From Eledone cirrhosa (taxonomy: Eukaryota), in NCBI GenBank assembly GCA_964016885.1, contig OZ024741.1, positions 193,440,001-193,504,000 of the forward strand: 64,000 nt of DNA, written 5' to 3'. Of the stretch, positions 42,370 through 55,880 are shown piece after piece (position 1 is the first letter of the stretch; each line of letters opens with the position of its first letter). The translations under genes and the position numbers were made by a program. Below the pieces are notes generated by a model. It did no database searches. It was not told the DNA's origin and saw only the letters and a program-made list of their open reading frames with translations.

Positions 42370-42460
42370 TTTCAGCAAACAGGTGGAGTAGTTGGCTTTG
42401 ATAAGCATCAATAATTGTGAAACAGGGCCTTGTCAGCTTTATCTCCCCTGTTTGCTGAAA
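42370..42460 (+). ncRNA. Hammerhead ribozyme variant (U3-A8 core), copy 2
   Basis: ggct-TTGATAA(42398)-gc..gt-GAAA-cagggcctt-GTC(42432-42434)-agct; direct repeat 319 nt from copy 1. Confidence 0.7.
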
Positions 42461-42550
42461 ATTAAAGTAAGTGAGTCTGTCACTACTCTAAAACAATAGC
42501 ATAAGGTCTTCGAAATGCTTTTAATTAAGCATACAGTGTATTGCAAAATA

Positions 42551-42601
<51 letters not shown>

Positions 42602-42894
42602 TATTATATTATATCATTACTAAGGCCAGTATTACAACGAAGCCATTCCAGGAATTCAACATATTCCAGGAGAAAGGAGTTGTTCTTTAAGGCTGAAATG
42701 TTGGTCCCTTCGTTGTAATACAGGCCTTAATAATAATATATTAAAACTCGCCCCACGGACTTGACTTGCTCTATACCTTGGATATTTCTCCCAAGTTATT
42801 AACAACTCTGTACATACATACACATATATATATATATAAATGTAAGTATGTATGTATACGTACATACATATATGTATACAGACGTACAGTAGCA

Positions 42895-42996
<102 letters not shown>

Positions 42997-43928
42997 CATA
43001 CAGGTACACATACATATATGCACGCATCAGTTTAGCGGACGCTTATTATAACGCCGCTTTGTTCGTTTGTAAACAAACTGAACAGCCTGAATTTATGCCA
43101 TACGGTGTTAAGGCAACCACGTCACCTTTTTGTTCAACACTGACACAGGAACGATGTACTAGTTTCAAGCTTGTTAGCTATCATCAGCACCGTATACCCA
43201 TCTGCCAGATAGTTGAACGTTCGAAAGTATATACTTTCCTTATGAAAATTAACGGCTGAGTAGCCTAATTTGCATATTGAGTGAGTTAAATCGGTCAGGC
43301 ATACCGAAAACGATAAGTTGAAATAAAATTGTTTATATATATATATATATATATAAACAATTTTTTAACTCACTTGTTAATTTGTGTTTGACCTAAGATA
43401 TATTGGTTGAGTTCTTATGGAGGGGCCAAAGAATAGAATCTCGACTACTACCATCACGTAAATTTCTGAACCAGTGGTCAATTGGTGGACGGTATTTTTA
43501 TGACGCGTAGGGATTTCAGATACTAATGTACTACTGTGTTGCCTGTCAACATTTACTGCCATAGGCAGCACGGACTGGAATCGAATTCTGTCGATCAATT
43601 GGTTATTGATTAGGCGAGAACCGCTGATGAAGCCACATGCACCGATTGTGCATTGTTGCATAATAAATGCAGATAATAGATGCTCTACACTCTTTTGCTG
43701 CATTAAGTGTGGCCGAAACTCGAGTACGGGTATAAATTTATGGTACCCATTTACGTGTATTGTATTGAGGTAAATAACTTTGTGTCTACTACGGGATTTT
43801 TACATAACCTTACCTATTGAGTACACTGAGATGCAACTGGTACTAGCAGGGAAACCTTATGTTAGTTCCGTCAGCTTATTATTATATATATATAGATATA
43901 TACATATATATACATATATATATATATA

Positions 43929-44148
43929 CAGGGTGTCCCCAAAAAAGTCTACACATTTTGATTACCTGTACAGGGAATATCTATTAGAGTGCACAGCCTT
44001 TCCCAAAAATAAAATGATCTACAGACATAATTCAATTGTTTTTAAACACGCAAAAATGTTTACATAGTTTAAATAATGCATATAAAACAGAATTTATTTT
44101 AATGCATTTTCTTGCTGTTGAAATGTGTATACATTTTTGGGGGACACC
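43929..44148. mobile_element. Tc1/mariner-type MITE
   Basis: TIR CAGGGTGTCCCCAAAAA..ACACATTT versus AAATGTGTATACATTTTTGGGGACACC, in TA flanks. Confidence 0.75.
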
Positions 44149-44306
<158 letters not shown>

Positions 44307-44634
44307 GTATGGTGACGATAATATTAGTGAACATAGAAAAAGAGAACAGTGTAGATAGACTGATTGTTACAAGAAACCTGACAACCTACCTGACTGAATA
44401 TTTAATTAGAGCTAACACTACAGCTACTTTAATTCTCGTCCAATCAGTACAGCTTATAGTGCTGACCCTGACATTGAATATAAGCTTCATTCCCTGCCGG
44501 CAACCATATGTTTGGTCTACCGATATAATTATAACTATACTATGTTTAATAGTTCTTTCTTGGATACAGTCATGAAATAGGGCGGTTCACAAAAAGAAAT
44601 TGTGATGATGTTTATGCGACAATTGTGTATAATG

Positions 44635-45440
44635 GCTTCTAATTTAGGCACAAGGCCAGAAATTTAGGATTGGAGGTGGAGTCTATTATATCCTACCATT
44701 TCTTGACTGGTACTTATTTTATCGAGTAGATGTTAATAATTGTTTCTAGTATAGACACAGGGCCTTTAATTTGAAGGTAGAGGTACGTCGGTTGATGGTA
44801 CTTCATTTTATCCACCCCAGAAGGATGAAAAGCAAAGCTGACTTCGCTTAGATTTGAACTCCGCACGTAAAGAGACGTAATTAACTGCTACAAAGCATTC
44901 CACCAACCCACTATCCATAACGAGTTCAATTTACGCATAATGCCTCTATTCTGAGAGGCGGAGACGTCGATTAAATCAACCAAGTACGTGACTGGTACTT
45001 TATTTTCTCCACCTCGAAAGGATGAAAGGTAAAGTTGACTTCGGTGGGATTTGAACTGAGAATGTAAAGAGCTAGAACATATGCCGCAAATCATTTTGTC
45101 CGATGTTCTAGTTTAGACACAAGGATAGCAATTTGGGGGTATGGAAATATAGATTATATCGACCTAGTACTTGACTAGTACTTTATTTTATCGAGCTCAG
45201 AAAAAGGGATTTGACCTCAGAACGTAAAAAGTTTGAACATATACAGCAAAGCAGTTTATCTGACGCACTAATGATTCTGCTAATCGAAAGACCAATAATA
45301 ATTTCTGATCGAGGCCAGTAATTTAGTGGAAAGGAACGTCAAATAAATCAACCCTAGTACTTGATCGACTTTAAAAGGCCAAGTTGTTATCGGTGGGCTT
45401 TGAACTGAAAACATAGCCGGAACAAATGCTGCAAGGAATT
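44635..45440 (-). mobile_element. Cluster of old, diverged SINE A-related copies in the same orientation
   Basis: Recurrent CACAAGGCCAG, GGTACTT..TTTTATC, GGATGAAA.G.AAAG and GATTTGAACT blocks. Confidence 0.75.
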
Positions 45441-46248
45441 TTGTCAAATGATCTAAGAGCACAGTCAATCAAATAAAATCAGCATCAGAAAAATGGTTAG
45501 CACTAGGAGAGGCATATACACCACAACATCTTACGTCTCATCTACACAAATAACAACAGCTGCAACGACAATGGTAACAATATCAGCATCATTAACAACA
45601 GTGCTGTAGTGATGCAGCGGTAGCAGTATGAGTACAACAGCGGTGCACCATCTGTAGTACCGCAGTAGTAGTACAAATGCCCTACTGCTGCTGACGGTGC
45701 TGTGCTGCTGCTACTGTATTACTGCTGCACTGCTCTTACAGTAGTGATTTAAAACAGACACACGTGTAATATTGCACACGCACCTGTTTTTATGACGACT
45801 TCTGCTGCCATATGTTTCAATATACATACATATATACAAGCAAACATACATACATGCATATATACATACACGCATACATACATACACACATACATGCATA
45901 TATACATACACACATACATGCATACATACATACATACATGCATAGATACGTACATAGATACATACATAGGTATATGAGCATATCTACACACACACACACA
46001 TATATAAATATATATATATATATATATTTATTTATATGTGTGTGTGTGTACGAATAGTTGGATGCATGCATAGATCTTTGCTTGCATGTGTGTATGAATT
46101 TATGTATTTATGTGCATAGGTATATAAGTATGTATGTATGTATGTATGTATGTATGTGTGTATGTATGTGTGTGTGTATGGATGTATGTATGTATGTATG
46201 TGTGTGTATGTATGTGTGTATGTATGCGTATGTATATATATGTGTGTA

Positions 46249-46303
<55 letters not shown>

Positions 46304-46443
46304 GAGTTAAACAATATTCAATGAGTATATCAAAGAATGAGTTTTACAGTAGATTGGAAGCACTCTACGAGGATTAATTTTCTGGAGTTATTAATATTAA
46401 AATATAAATATTAATAAAATAGATGTTCTTTTTATCAATTACA

Positions 46444-46495
46444 TTTTATTATACATATTTCAGATGTACAACAGTACGTCCTCATCAGACAAAAT
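46444..46495 (-). ncRNA. Type I minimal hammerhead ribozyme (left arm of an inverted pair)
   Basis: ttttgt-CTGATGA-ggacgtac tgtt gtacatct-GAAA-tatgt-ATA-ataaaa. Confidence 0.78.
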
Positions 46496-46560
46496 ATAAT
46501 GATACATGACATACCGTGAGATGTTAAGTGGTTAAGATTTAATCTGATGTTAAATGGTTA

Positions 46561-46618
46561 AGATTTAATCTGATGAGGACGTACTGTTGTACATCTGAAA
46601 TATGTATAATAAAATCTA
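46561..46618 (+). ncRNA. Type I minimal hammerhead ribozyme (right arm)
   Basis: Same core, CTGATGA 46570-46576; arms ~46392-46489 and 46569-46665 are inverted. Confidence 0.75.
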
Positions 46619-46655
46619 ATTGATAAAAAGAACATCTATTTTATTAATATTTGTA

Positions 46656-46694
<39 letters not shown>

Positions 46695-47020
46695 ACAACG
46701 TCATATGTGCACAACTAACACATATATACGACAGCACGTGTATACACCAACACACAATTTTACATCAACATATGCATAAAGCAACACAGCTACATACAAT
46801 ACTCGTGTACATCATCTCTATACAATACCATACGTATACACCGACACAAGCATGTAGCAACAGGTGCATGTATTGACGCAGTAACACGCTGTTTGACTAT
46901 CACGTGAGGCGAGAAATAACGACACATGTTGTGCTTGTAAGTTCCTTGTCGGAGGATAGTGAGTGACATTAGGTGGTGGCGGGCTATGATGGACGTAATG
47001 TGTGTATATGTATGCCTGTT

Positions 47021-47104
<84 letters not shown>

Positions 47105-47235
47105 GAGGTCATATTTAATTTGTTGGGATTCAACAAGCTTAAAAATGTTTATAACTGATATAAAGCACTCAACAGTTTAGTGGAGTAAATACACAATATA
47201 TTAATAAATGGAAACTATATTTATAAAACCATATT

Positions 47236-47301
47236 TATTTTATTATACATATTTCAAGGGCAACCAAGGCAAATTATGGTGCGCTTTCATCAGATAAAAT
47301 A
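47236..47301 (-). ncRNA. Type I minimal hammerhead in a solo pLTR related to 9600-9875
   Basis: tattttat-CTGATGA-aagcgcacca..tggttgccctt-GAAA-tatgt-ATA-ataaaata; flank AATGGAAACTATATTTATAAAACC is shared with the 9740-9790 region. Confidence 0.72.
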
Positions 47302-47397
47302 CAGATTTGTTTTATAAATAAATATTGACATACCCGGAAAAAAGACAACCTTAACGGTTGGTTGAAGCTTCCTGGAAGCTTCAACCGTTAAGGTTGT

Positions 47398-47514
<117 letters not shown>

Positions 47515-47562
47515 GCGTTTCTTGTCTTCTGGCAGTAATATAAAAACAAGTGTTACAATCTT

Positions 47563-47800
47563 GAAGGCCTTAGTATATTAGTTTCGCAATCGTAATATTG
47601 TGATTTCGATTCCCGACGAGTTGTGTATTTGAGCAAGACATTTTCCATGTTTCTCCGCTCCACTCAGCTGAAACAAATGTGTTGCGACGTCACTGGTGCC
47701 AAGCTATGTCGGCCTTTTCTTTTCTTTTGGACAACATTTATGGCGTGGAGATGGAGGAATGTTATGCTTAGGCATAGATAGAAATACCTTGCGCAGACTT
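47563..47800 (+). mobile_element. tRNA-derived SINE family B, diverged
   Basis: B-box-like TTTCGATTCC followed by TTGAGCAAGACA; related to 56350-56484. Confidence 0.55.
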
Positions 47801-48034
47801 CCTCCCAGGTGCATAATGATATTTTAAATATGAATGAATGGTGAACAATGAACATCATGATAAACGGATCAAGTCATACCATCATATTAAAGCATGTATA
47901 TATTTTTTTCTATTTTTTGGCACATGGCCAACAATTTGAGGGGTGGGGGTCGATTATATAGAGCCAGTACTTGAATAGTATTTTATTTTATCGACCTCGG
48001 AAAGATGAGAGGCAAAGTTGACCATGGCTGGATT

Positions 48035-48167
48035 TGAACTCAGAATGTAAAAACTTCTGAACTCAGAATGTAAAAACTTCTGAACTCAGAATGTAAAAAC
48101 TTCTGAACTCAGAATGTAAAAACTTCTGAACTCAGAATGTAAAAACTTCTGAACTCAGAATGTAAAA
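48035..48167. repeat. 23-bp tandem repeat (6 copies) within a SINE A copy (47915-48167, minus)
   Basis: GAACTCAGAATGTAAAAACTTCT starts at 48036, 48059, 48082, 48105, 48128 and 48151. Confidence 0.95.
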
Positions 48168-49099
48168 AAAACGCACGAATTAGTTTAAGTTTCAGCATTT
48201 CATTTTGTTGGCCAGTGTAATGTTCCAGCAGTTATCTGCTATTGTATATGTATCACACTTTGCTCCGTACCTCTTGTCCATTGTTTTTACATCCTGATTA
48301 AATCTTTTCTGGAAAGCGATCTAAATGACTGTGGGAATGGATCTTGATGCTCATATTTACAGCCAATCTTACTAAAATTGGAGAACTTGTCTTCAATTAA
48401 TTTAGCGAAGTTTTCTGTCGTATAGTTGCCAAGGAAATGTTTTCACTTGCTCTACTGTACTCCATCGAATCATATATATTATATATATGATTCGATGGAT
48501 ATATATTATCTAACATCTCCCTCGTCTGTGTGATCACACTGTTGCGCAGGAGATATAGAGAGGGTGACAGGAATCTGTATTAAATTCTGACTTGACAAGA
48601 AGCGTTTTAACATGGTTGCAGGTGACAATTAAGTTCAGATCTGTATAGATCCTTGAGCTAAGTTCTAGTAACTAATACGTCGTTATTTCTGCATCGATTG
48701 CAGCTTATTAATGAATGGGCTTCACAGTTAACGCCAGAAATTAAGGTCATCTGACACTGAGGCACTGCACAATTAACTCTACCCTCCCGATTCAGATACT
48801 TGGTAAATAACGTTGTTTCCATTGACTTTATACTGGACGAGAAAATTATAAATATCAGACAGGCAACTACATCCTTTGGATACAGTTCTCTTCCATTGCT
48901 GGGTTTGTTTCTCCATTCACCTCTATGGAGGTGAGGTAAGTGTCAAATACATCCAGTGTCTCTAGAAGTTCCTTTCAACCACTTGGCGATATAGGTTTAC
49001 AAGTACAAAAATTCACCATTGAACCAACACCAGCAACGGTATTGACAATAACACCTGTGGTGACAGAGCACAAACCAGAATCCGGAACCTACTCGTGTG

Positions 49100-52021
49100 A
49101 CGGCCTTTGTGGACGTCCGGTGTGCTCGGTCGGATGCTCGAAAGGATATCTGTCAAATTCGGATCTGTATACACCCAGAGATGCGACGTGGGAGACACGT
49201 CGTTTTTTTTTTTTCGTTTTTTTTTTCGACAACCGTAGCTGTAAGACCCGCCCTACCTCTCCAGAAGTTACTTCTCATGGCGGGTAATGTCGAGTCGAAC
49301 CATGGCCCATTCTGCGCGGGATGTTCCAGGACGATCCGAAAAGACTTCGTGCCCATTTCCTGCTCGACTTGCCGACGTATCTTCCCAGGATCTGCAGCGG
49401 CCTGACTCGAATACAGAAAAAGAGTCCTCAAGGCTTCGTGTGTGGCTTCTAACACTGCCCATAAACGGTGTACGGGCCTTTCGAAGTATATACTAAACAC
49501 CTCTTGGCAATGTTCATCTTGTACAAATACATCTTAGCCCCCTCACACACTAACATACCAACCAACACCACACTTACAGACACAACACCTGCACAAACAC
49601 AACTAGACTGTACAAATCCCACACACACACAACCACACATTTTACAGACTGTACATACTGAACAGCGCTCTCAGCAAAACAGTGACGCGCTTTTAAATAC
49701 CCATGTACATACAACCCTATTAGACCCCACCCCTCACCTCCAAACAGAACATTGCCATATCCCATGTACATAATACCCAAACCCAATTCGCGATGTTAGC
49801 CATTTCCAACACTATCGGTCAAGCCTTATCCATGTAAATAAATCCTGTCCTACCTGTACAAAGACCCTTGGACACCCTAAAACCCCCCTAATATGTAAAT
49901 ATTGTAGTCGCGCCTTCCATCTCAAATGTGCGCCAGAGACAAGATCAACGCTCGACCGTCTTCGCCAACTAAGTGAATGGATTTGTGTCACATGTCAACA
50001 AAATTCCCTAGCTCCACCTTCTACTACTGTCCCACAGCCTTTAAATCGATCTAAACCACCGAGAAATACCATTCGTCAACTACGGATTCTTCAATGGAAT
50101 GCAGACTTCCTACCGACCAAGATTACAGAATTGAAGCAGTTCATCACCTCCCACAGTGTTGATATCGCCTTGATTCAAGAAACGAAACTTGGACTAGAGG
50201 ACCCGACACCGCATATACATGGTTATGACTCCCTCAGATAAGAACGACCGGGTAGCGGCACAAAATACCATAGATGTGGTGGCCTCCTGATCTATATACG
50301 CCAAGGTATCCAATATACCGCCCCACCCCTCTCCAACGACTACAAGCCCTTTAGAGTTACAAAAAGTTATCATCCACATGAACAGCAGACGAGATTTCCC
50401 TATCACAAATGTGTACTTTCCACCGCAGAGGTCGGACTACACGCACTCCGACAATGAACAAAGTTGGGCCAACCACCTACCTACAGAAAATGGTCTCATC
50501 TGTGGCGCTTTGAATGCCCATCACATAACATGGGACGTATTTGCCAGACGAGATGCCAGAGGTGCGACCATAATGAATTGGCTGGAAGATCACGCAAAAT
50601 CAACGCTCAATGATGGTTCGCCAACAAGGGCGGCGCGATACCAGCAAGGAGCAGGTGTGAGTACCCCGGATCTTACCATCGTAGATACCGATCTCGCAGA
50701 TCGATTCACATGGGAAACCATGAACGAACTCGCGTCATACCATCTAACAATCCTAATTACCTGGGGAGCCGATCTCAAAGTGGAAGGACCAAACAGACAG
50801 ATACGCCGCAACTACGAGAAAGCTGACTGGTCCACCTTCAAAAAGTGTCTCGATGAAGGAGTATCTCGGGTAACTGAACAAACTTCCCATTCCGACAAGT
50901 TGGTTGCCCTATCCGTTCTCCTAAAAAAAGGCGGAGGACAAAGCGGTCCCAATTAAAGTCGTCCGTCCACGGGAGACACCCTGGATGAATCCACAACTCA
51001 AAGGCTTAATCCGTAAACGTAATAAATTGCGACGTGACATGGGAAGAAACCGTGCTGAATGGATGGAGACCTGCAAAGAAATTGCAAGACTCACAGAAGA
51101 AAAAAGCGAAATCACTTACAAAAAATCTCAGACACGAAAGATACCAAGCAGGCATGGGCCACGGTAAAGTCATTATGTGGCAAAACTTTAAAGTCAACTG
51201 GGAAATCTTTGACATATGAAGGTACTGTCTACGCCAGCGACCGGGGGAAGGCTGCAGCTTTTGTACGAGAGTATGCCACTATAAGTGGAAGAAAGAGCGA
51301 CAAAGAATCAAGAAGGATAGGAAGGCTATTGAAAAGAGAATTGAAAGACCTGCTCCTTGCCCCCAGGCAAAGGATAGAACTCAACGCTGGATGAACTCAA
51401 CGCTGCAATTAAAAAGATCAAAGCACGTAAAACAGCAGGTCCAGATGAAATAGCGCCAGACCTTCTCAAACACCTAACCAAGTCTATTCAAATTGAACTT
51501 TTGCAAATTTTAAACCATGGACGAAAAATTGGTGCCCTCAGTCTTGGCGGACGGCGACGATCATAATTCATGGGCATCACATACGATCGGCAGTTAACCT
51601 TTGGGGAACATGTCGAGAAGGTATGTCGAACTATCCAATCGAGAACGAACCTACTAAAAACTGTAGCAGAAACGACGTGGGGCTGGAAGAAGGCGGATCT
51701 TCGTCAAATCTACACTGCCGTACATCGAAGCATCGCAGAATATGCGGCCCCGGCGTGGACAACCTGGTTGTCTGCCACCAACATCGACAAGCTCGAAAGA
51801 GTACAAATGTGAAGACAGCACTTGCAAACTCTGCGGTGAAGAGGAGGAGGAGGAGTCTGAACACCTCTGGCTACGATGCCCTGCATTGGCGATTGAGAGA
51901 TACCATCACCAACTCGGCACGTCCTTAGAGGAATTAGTCCGTCTCCCAGTCGCATCTCTAGCGATTCTGATGAGGATCCTCAGGCGCCTGAGGTGAATCA
52001 ACAACAACAACAACAACAACA
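49100..52021 (+). mobile_element. Ingi/I-group LINE: 2A-like peptide, two PHD-like fingers, APE, RT remnants, CCHC finger, (CAA)n tail
   Basis: LLLMAGNVESNHGP, CPTC..CKYCSRAFHLKC..WICVTC, ILQWNAD..IALIQETKL, ALNAHH, TAGPDEI, WGWKKADLRQIY..EYAAPAW, CKLCGE..SEHLWLRCP. Confidence 0.8.
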
Positions 52022-52400
52022 CAGGCAACATTGAATCCACACTTTAAAAACATCTACTGAGAAGACTCGGACACGTGCTTCGCATGTCTAAATCCCGTTT
52101 CCTTCTATATGATCCTCTCTGACCAGCTATACTACTGTCAATGCCTAACTGGAAGACAAGAAAGTGGTTCAAAGACCAGCTGAAGACCACTTTGAAAAGG
52201 AGCAGCCATCTTGTATCGTTGTCTGCTGCACCCTTTGGAGGTCTCACTGTAAAACGGTAATTGAAGACACGAGGGAGAAACACACTTAGTACTACAGATA
52301 GAAACAAGAAAAGAGGAATATCCATAGAGTAATACCTGGTCATTCCAGCCAAACATTTATATGCCATGTTTGAGACCCAGGCGGCCAATGCGATCAGTGG
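52022..52400 (+). mobile_element. RTE LINE C-terminal fragment
   Basis: NIESTL..RLGHVLRM..FKDQLK. Confidence 0.5.
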
Positions 52401-52404
52401 AACT

Positions 52405-52830
52405 TCCACTCTCGAGTTTATAGAAGATTAGTGGTGAGCACGTGCGACGACGCACTCGGAGAGGTTCTGGGCGTCTACGAAGTCGAACTAACCAGTCTGT
52501 TCCAGAGGACTTTTGAGCCGGGGACGATGGATAATTTCCAAAAAATCCCTCGCTTCGCAGTGCTACCGGGGGCACTCCTATTCGAGATAAACTCTACAAG
52601 CACGGAAATGCTGTCAGACGGACCTGCTCGAGATGCGCACAGAGCGACGAAACCGTTCTGCACGCACTCGTCCAGTGTCCGTGCATTACTGACTTGTGAG
52701 AATTTTCCTAGTTGTATTTTTATTGTTATTTATATTGTTTACACGTTGTATATGTAAACCCCCACTGTTCCTGCCTTCTGTATTGTCCCCTATATGTCGG
52801 CCCTTGTGGCCAATAAATGAAACTATTATT
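52405..52830 (+). mobile_element. Tx1 LINE fragment (3' end, deleted)
   Basis: Homologous to the reverse complement of 1570-1870; ends GGCCCTTGTGGCCAATAAATGAAACTATTATT. Confidence 0.75.
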
Positions 52831-52893
52831 ATTTATGCTTTTTCATAGTTTTGTTCCACTGTTACAGATGATATATATAGAGATTTTTGAAAA

Positions 52894-52957
<64 letters not shown>

Positions 52958-53300
52958 ATTGTTTCTACTTTTGGCACAAGGCCAGCTATTGTCTCAGTGT
53001 ATTACTGGTACTTTATTTTATCGATCCCGTAAGAATGAAAGGCAAAGTTATCCTCGGCGGGATTTGAACTCAGAATGGCAAGGGCCGTAACTCAATGCGT
53101 CAAAGCATGGCGTCCGACAATTGTTTCTACTTTTGGCACAAGGCCAGCTATTATCCCGGTGTATTACTGGTACTTTATCGACCCCGTAAGGATGAAAAGC
53201 AAAGTTAACCTCGGCGGGATTTGAACACAATAATAATAATAATAATAATAATAATGGTTTCTTATATAGGCACAAGGTCAGCAATTTTGGGAGTGAGGAA
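52958..53300 (-). mobile_element. Stacked SINE A copies
   Basis: Two to three head-to-tail copies matching 747-927. Confidence 0.85.
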
Positions 53301-53324
53301 AGTCGATTAAAAAATAATATTGAT

Positions 53325-54031
53325 TTCTTTATTGGCCACAAGGGCTGACATCAAGAAAAACATTACAGACGGCACAGGACGGTACGATGTGGGTTTTGTG
53401 CGTGTAAATATGTTTATTATTTATATAAGAAACGAAAAAGAAAAAAGACATAGAAACATATATATATAAACAATAAAAATGAAAATTCAAACAATGAAAA
53501 ATTCCCCAATAGGGGGAAAACCTCCGAGGGTTACTCGTGGCGAAAACCACACAAAAGACCACGGCCACCCTGACCACCAGGGTAAGCGCCCTCTCTCAAT
53601 TTTTTCCCATTCCTCAAACTACATGCGTATATTCTGAGCGGTCCCGTTCACTCGGACCATTCTCGCTACATTCACCCACCTTTCAACAAACTTGCTAGAA
53701 GGCAGCACTTGCCTCTCCACCCTGATTTTCCTCTTCAAGTGAAACTTGAAAAAATTAATTAGGGATTCGTCGAAGAGGAAAGTGTCCGTCTTTAACCCTT
53801 TCAACCTTGTCCACCACACAATCCACCAGGAAGAAGAAAACCGCCTGCCCTTCCTCCTTGAAGGAAGACAGCGAGACCATCTGCACAATGGACTCAGTCG
53901 ATAACCGGATCGGTCCTACACGCGACAGCAACTGTTCGACATAGCTCCACAAGTCAGCAATGCTCGGGCACTGAACGAGTGCGTGCACGACGGTTTCGTC
54001 GCTCTGCGCGCATCTCGGGCAGGCTCGGCTG
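53325..54031 (-). mobile_element. Tx1 LINE 3' end
   Basis: Highly similar to 950-1652 (RACPRCAQSDETVVHALVQCP). Confidence 0.88.
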
Positions 54032-54276
54032 ACCCACACCATACACAAAAATCAGCCACATCTACATGCCAAACTGTCTACCGAAAACCAGCACCCCTAC
54101 ACTGCCACCCACTTAAGCCTACGCCCGGCACCACCAACTTACCCCCACACCCCACCCACCCACATACACTACAGGCAGAAACATCCCTATCAATTAATCC
54201 ACCAATCAAAACAAACTTGACTGATCACCGTAGGAACATCAGACATGTATATTCATTTTTCCATTATTATTACAAG

Positions 54277-54362
54277 GGGTCTGACGAGCCGCGGATTACA
54301 GAGTCGGGTTAGATCGATACAGATCGAACCTTGAGCTGATCAGTGGCGAAACGCGCTTCACC
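54277..54362 (+). ncRNA. Hammerhead ribozyme with long stem II, slightly degenerate
   Basis: ggt-CTGACGA(54281)-gccgc..gtggc-GAAA-cgcgc-TTC-acc. Confidence 0.6.
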
Positions 54363-54454
54363 AACCAATAAACGTAATGAAGGAGTAACCAATCGTCCTT
54401 GTTATTATATATATATATATATACATGTGTGTGTGTGTGTGTATACCATAATCA

Positions 54455-55880
54455 CGGTGTTATTAATTGGCGTGAAGCAGGGGATATCCTGGCTCCCACA
54501 CTGTTTTCAATATTTTTTTGCAGAGCTGTGCAAAAGGTATTCTATTGCAAGTTAGAACTACAGGAAGAATCTTTGACCTAAGAAGGTTCAATTTCAGGTC
54601 CAATGTGGTCCAAATACTAATTAGAGAACTCCTGTATGAAGACGATGTTGACTATCTGACTCATTCTCAAGATGACATGCAACACATCATGGATTGTTTT
54701 GCAGCTTCTTGTAATGCCCTTGGCATAAAAATTAATGTGAAAAAGACTAAGGTAATGTTCACCCTATCACTAGGGGAAGCATATATTGAGCCAAATATAA
54801 TGGTACATGGAACTAGGTTGGATGTAGTTGACACTTTTGTTTACCTAGGCAGTGTATTGTCGATGGAGGGTTCGGTTGATGCAGAATTGCTACTGCGCAT
54901 TTAGAAGGCGTTCGTAGTCTTCAGAAAATTTTAAAAGAGAATGTGGGCAGATAATGGCATCAATATCAATACCAAGATTATTGTGTTTAAGGCATACTGA
55001 GTGCTCTGTTGAACTCTTCGGAAACGGGGCAGTACATTGAAGACACCTTAATTTGCTTAAACAATTTAAACAAAAGTATTTAAGACGAATCCTAAACATC
55101 CAATGGCAACAAAACATTTAACAGATGCTGGTTGCACGAACATTGAATCTACCATCATATCCTCTAAATGCGTTGAGTAGGCCATGTTGTGCGCATGAAT
55201 GAGGAAAGACTCCCAAAACAAATATTTTACAGTCAATTGCACACTGGGAACACCTCCCGCCCCAGCACAAACCAAGTAAAAGATATAAAGATTGCATAAA
55301 AAACAACCTTAAGGATCTACAGTTTGAAGTTCAGAACTGAGAAGTACTTGCTTTAAAGAGGGTCGAATGAAGAGGATATGTGAAGGAAGACTGCAGAATG
55401 TTTGAAGAGAGACGTCTTGACCATACAGAACTTAAACATCAGCTTTGACAAGGCCACAGTATGAACCTCAATAAGAACATAGGGAGCTGGATCTGTGAGG
55501 TGTGTGGTCGTTTATTGCTCTCTAAATCTGGGTACATAACTCATTTCAAATATCAGATGAAAAGCCAACTGCATTCAGCAATATCCCTCCAATACTAGGT
55601 GATAAAACTTGTGTGGTGTGCGAAAAAATCTGCAAATCAATTTCTGATCTTAAAAGGCATATGAGGGTACATAAGTATGTCATCCCACAAACTTACCTAA
55701 TCAGCCATTTAGAGGGCACACCTTTTGTCTGTCGCATTAGCTGCAGACTGGACAAATCTGCAGCTGGAATAAAAAGCCACATAAGATACCGCGAACGGAC
55801 GTTTGGCTGTGGTGACGATGGATATGGGTGCAAAGGGAGAAGGCAATTATCTGCAGAGATGAAGCAATCACCATAAACCA
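54455..55880 (+). mobile_element. RTE (BovB-like) LINE 3' half with three C-terminal C2H2 fingers
   Basis: GVKQGDILAPTLFSIFF, ELLYEDD, KKTKVM, FVYLGSV; CEVCGR..THF, CVVCEKICKS..LKRHMRVH, CRISCR..GIKSHIR. Confidence 0.85.

Noticed and set aside
43377-43703. 108-aa ORF in unique-looking DNA
   Set aside because: No recognisable homology or clear splice context; needs BLAST or RNA-seq.
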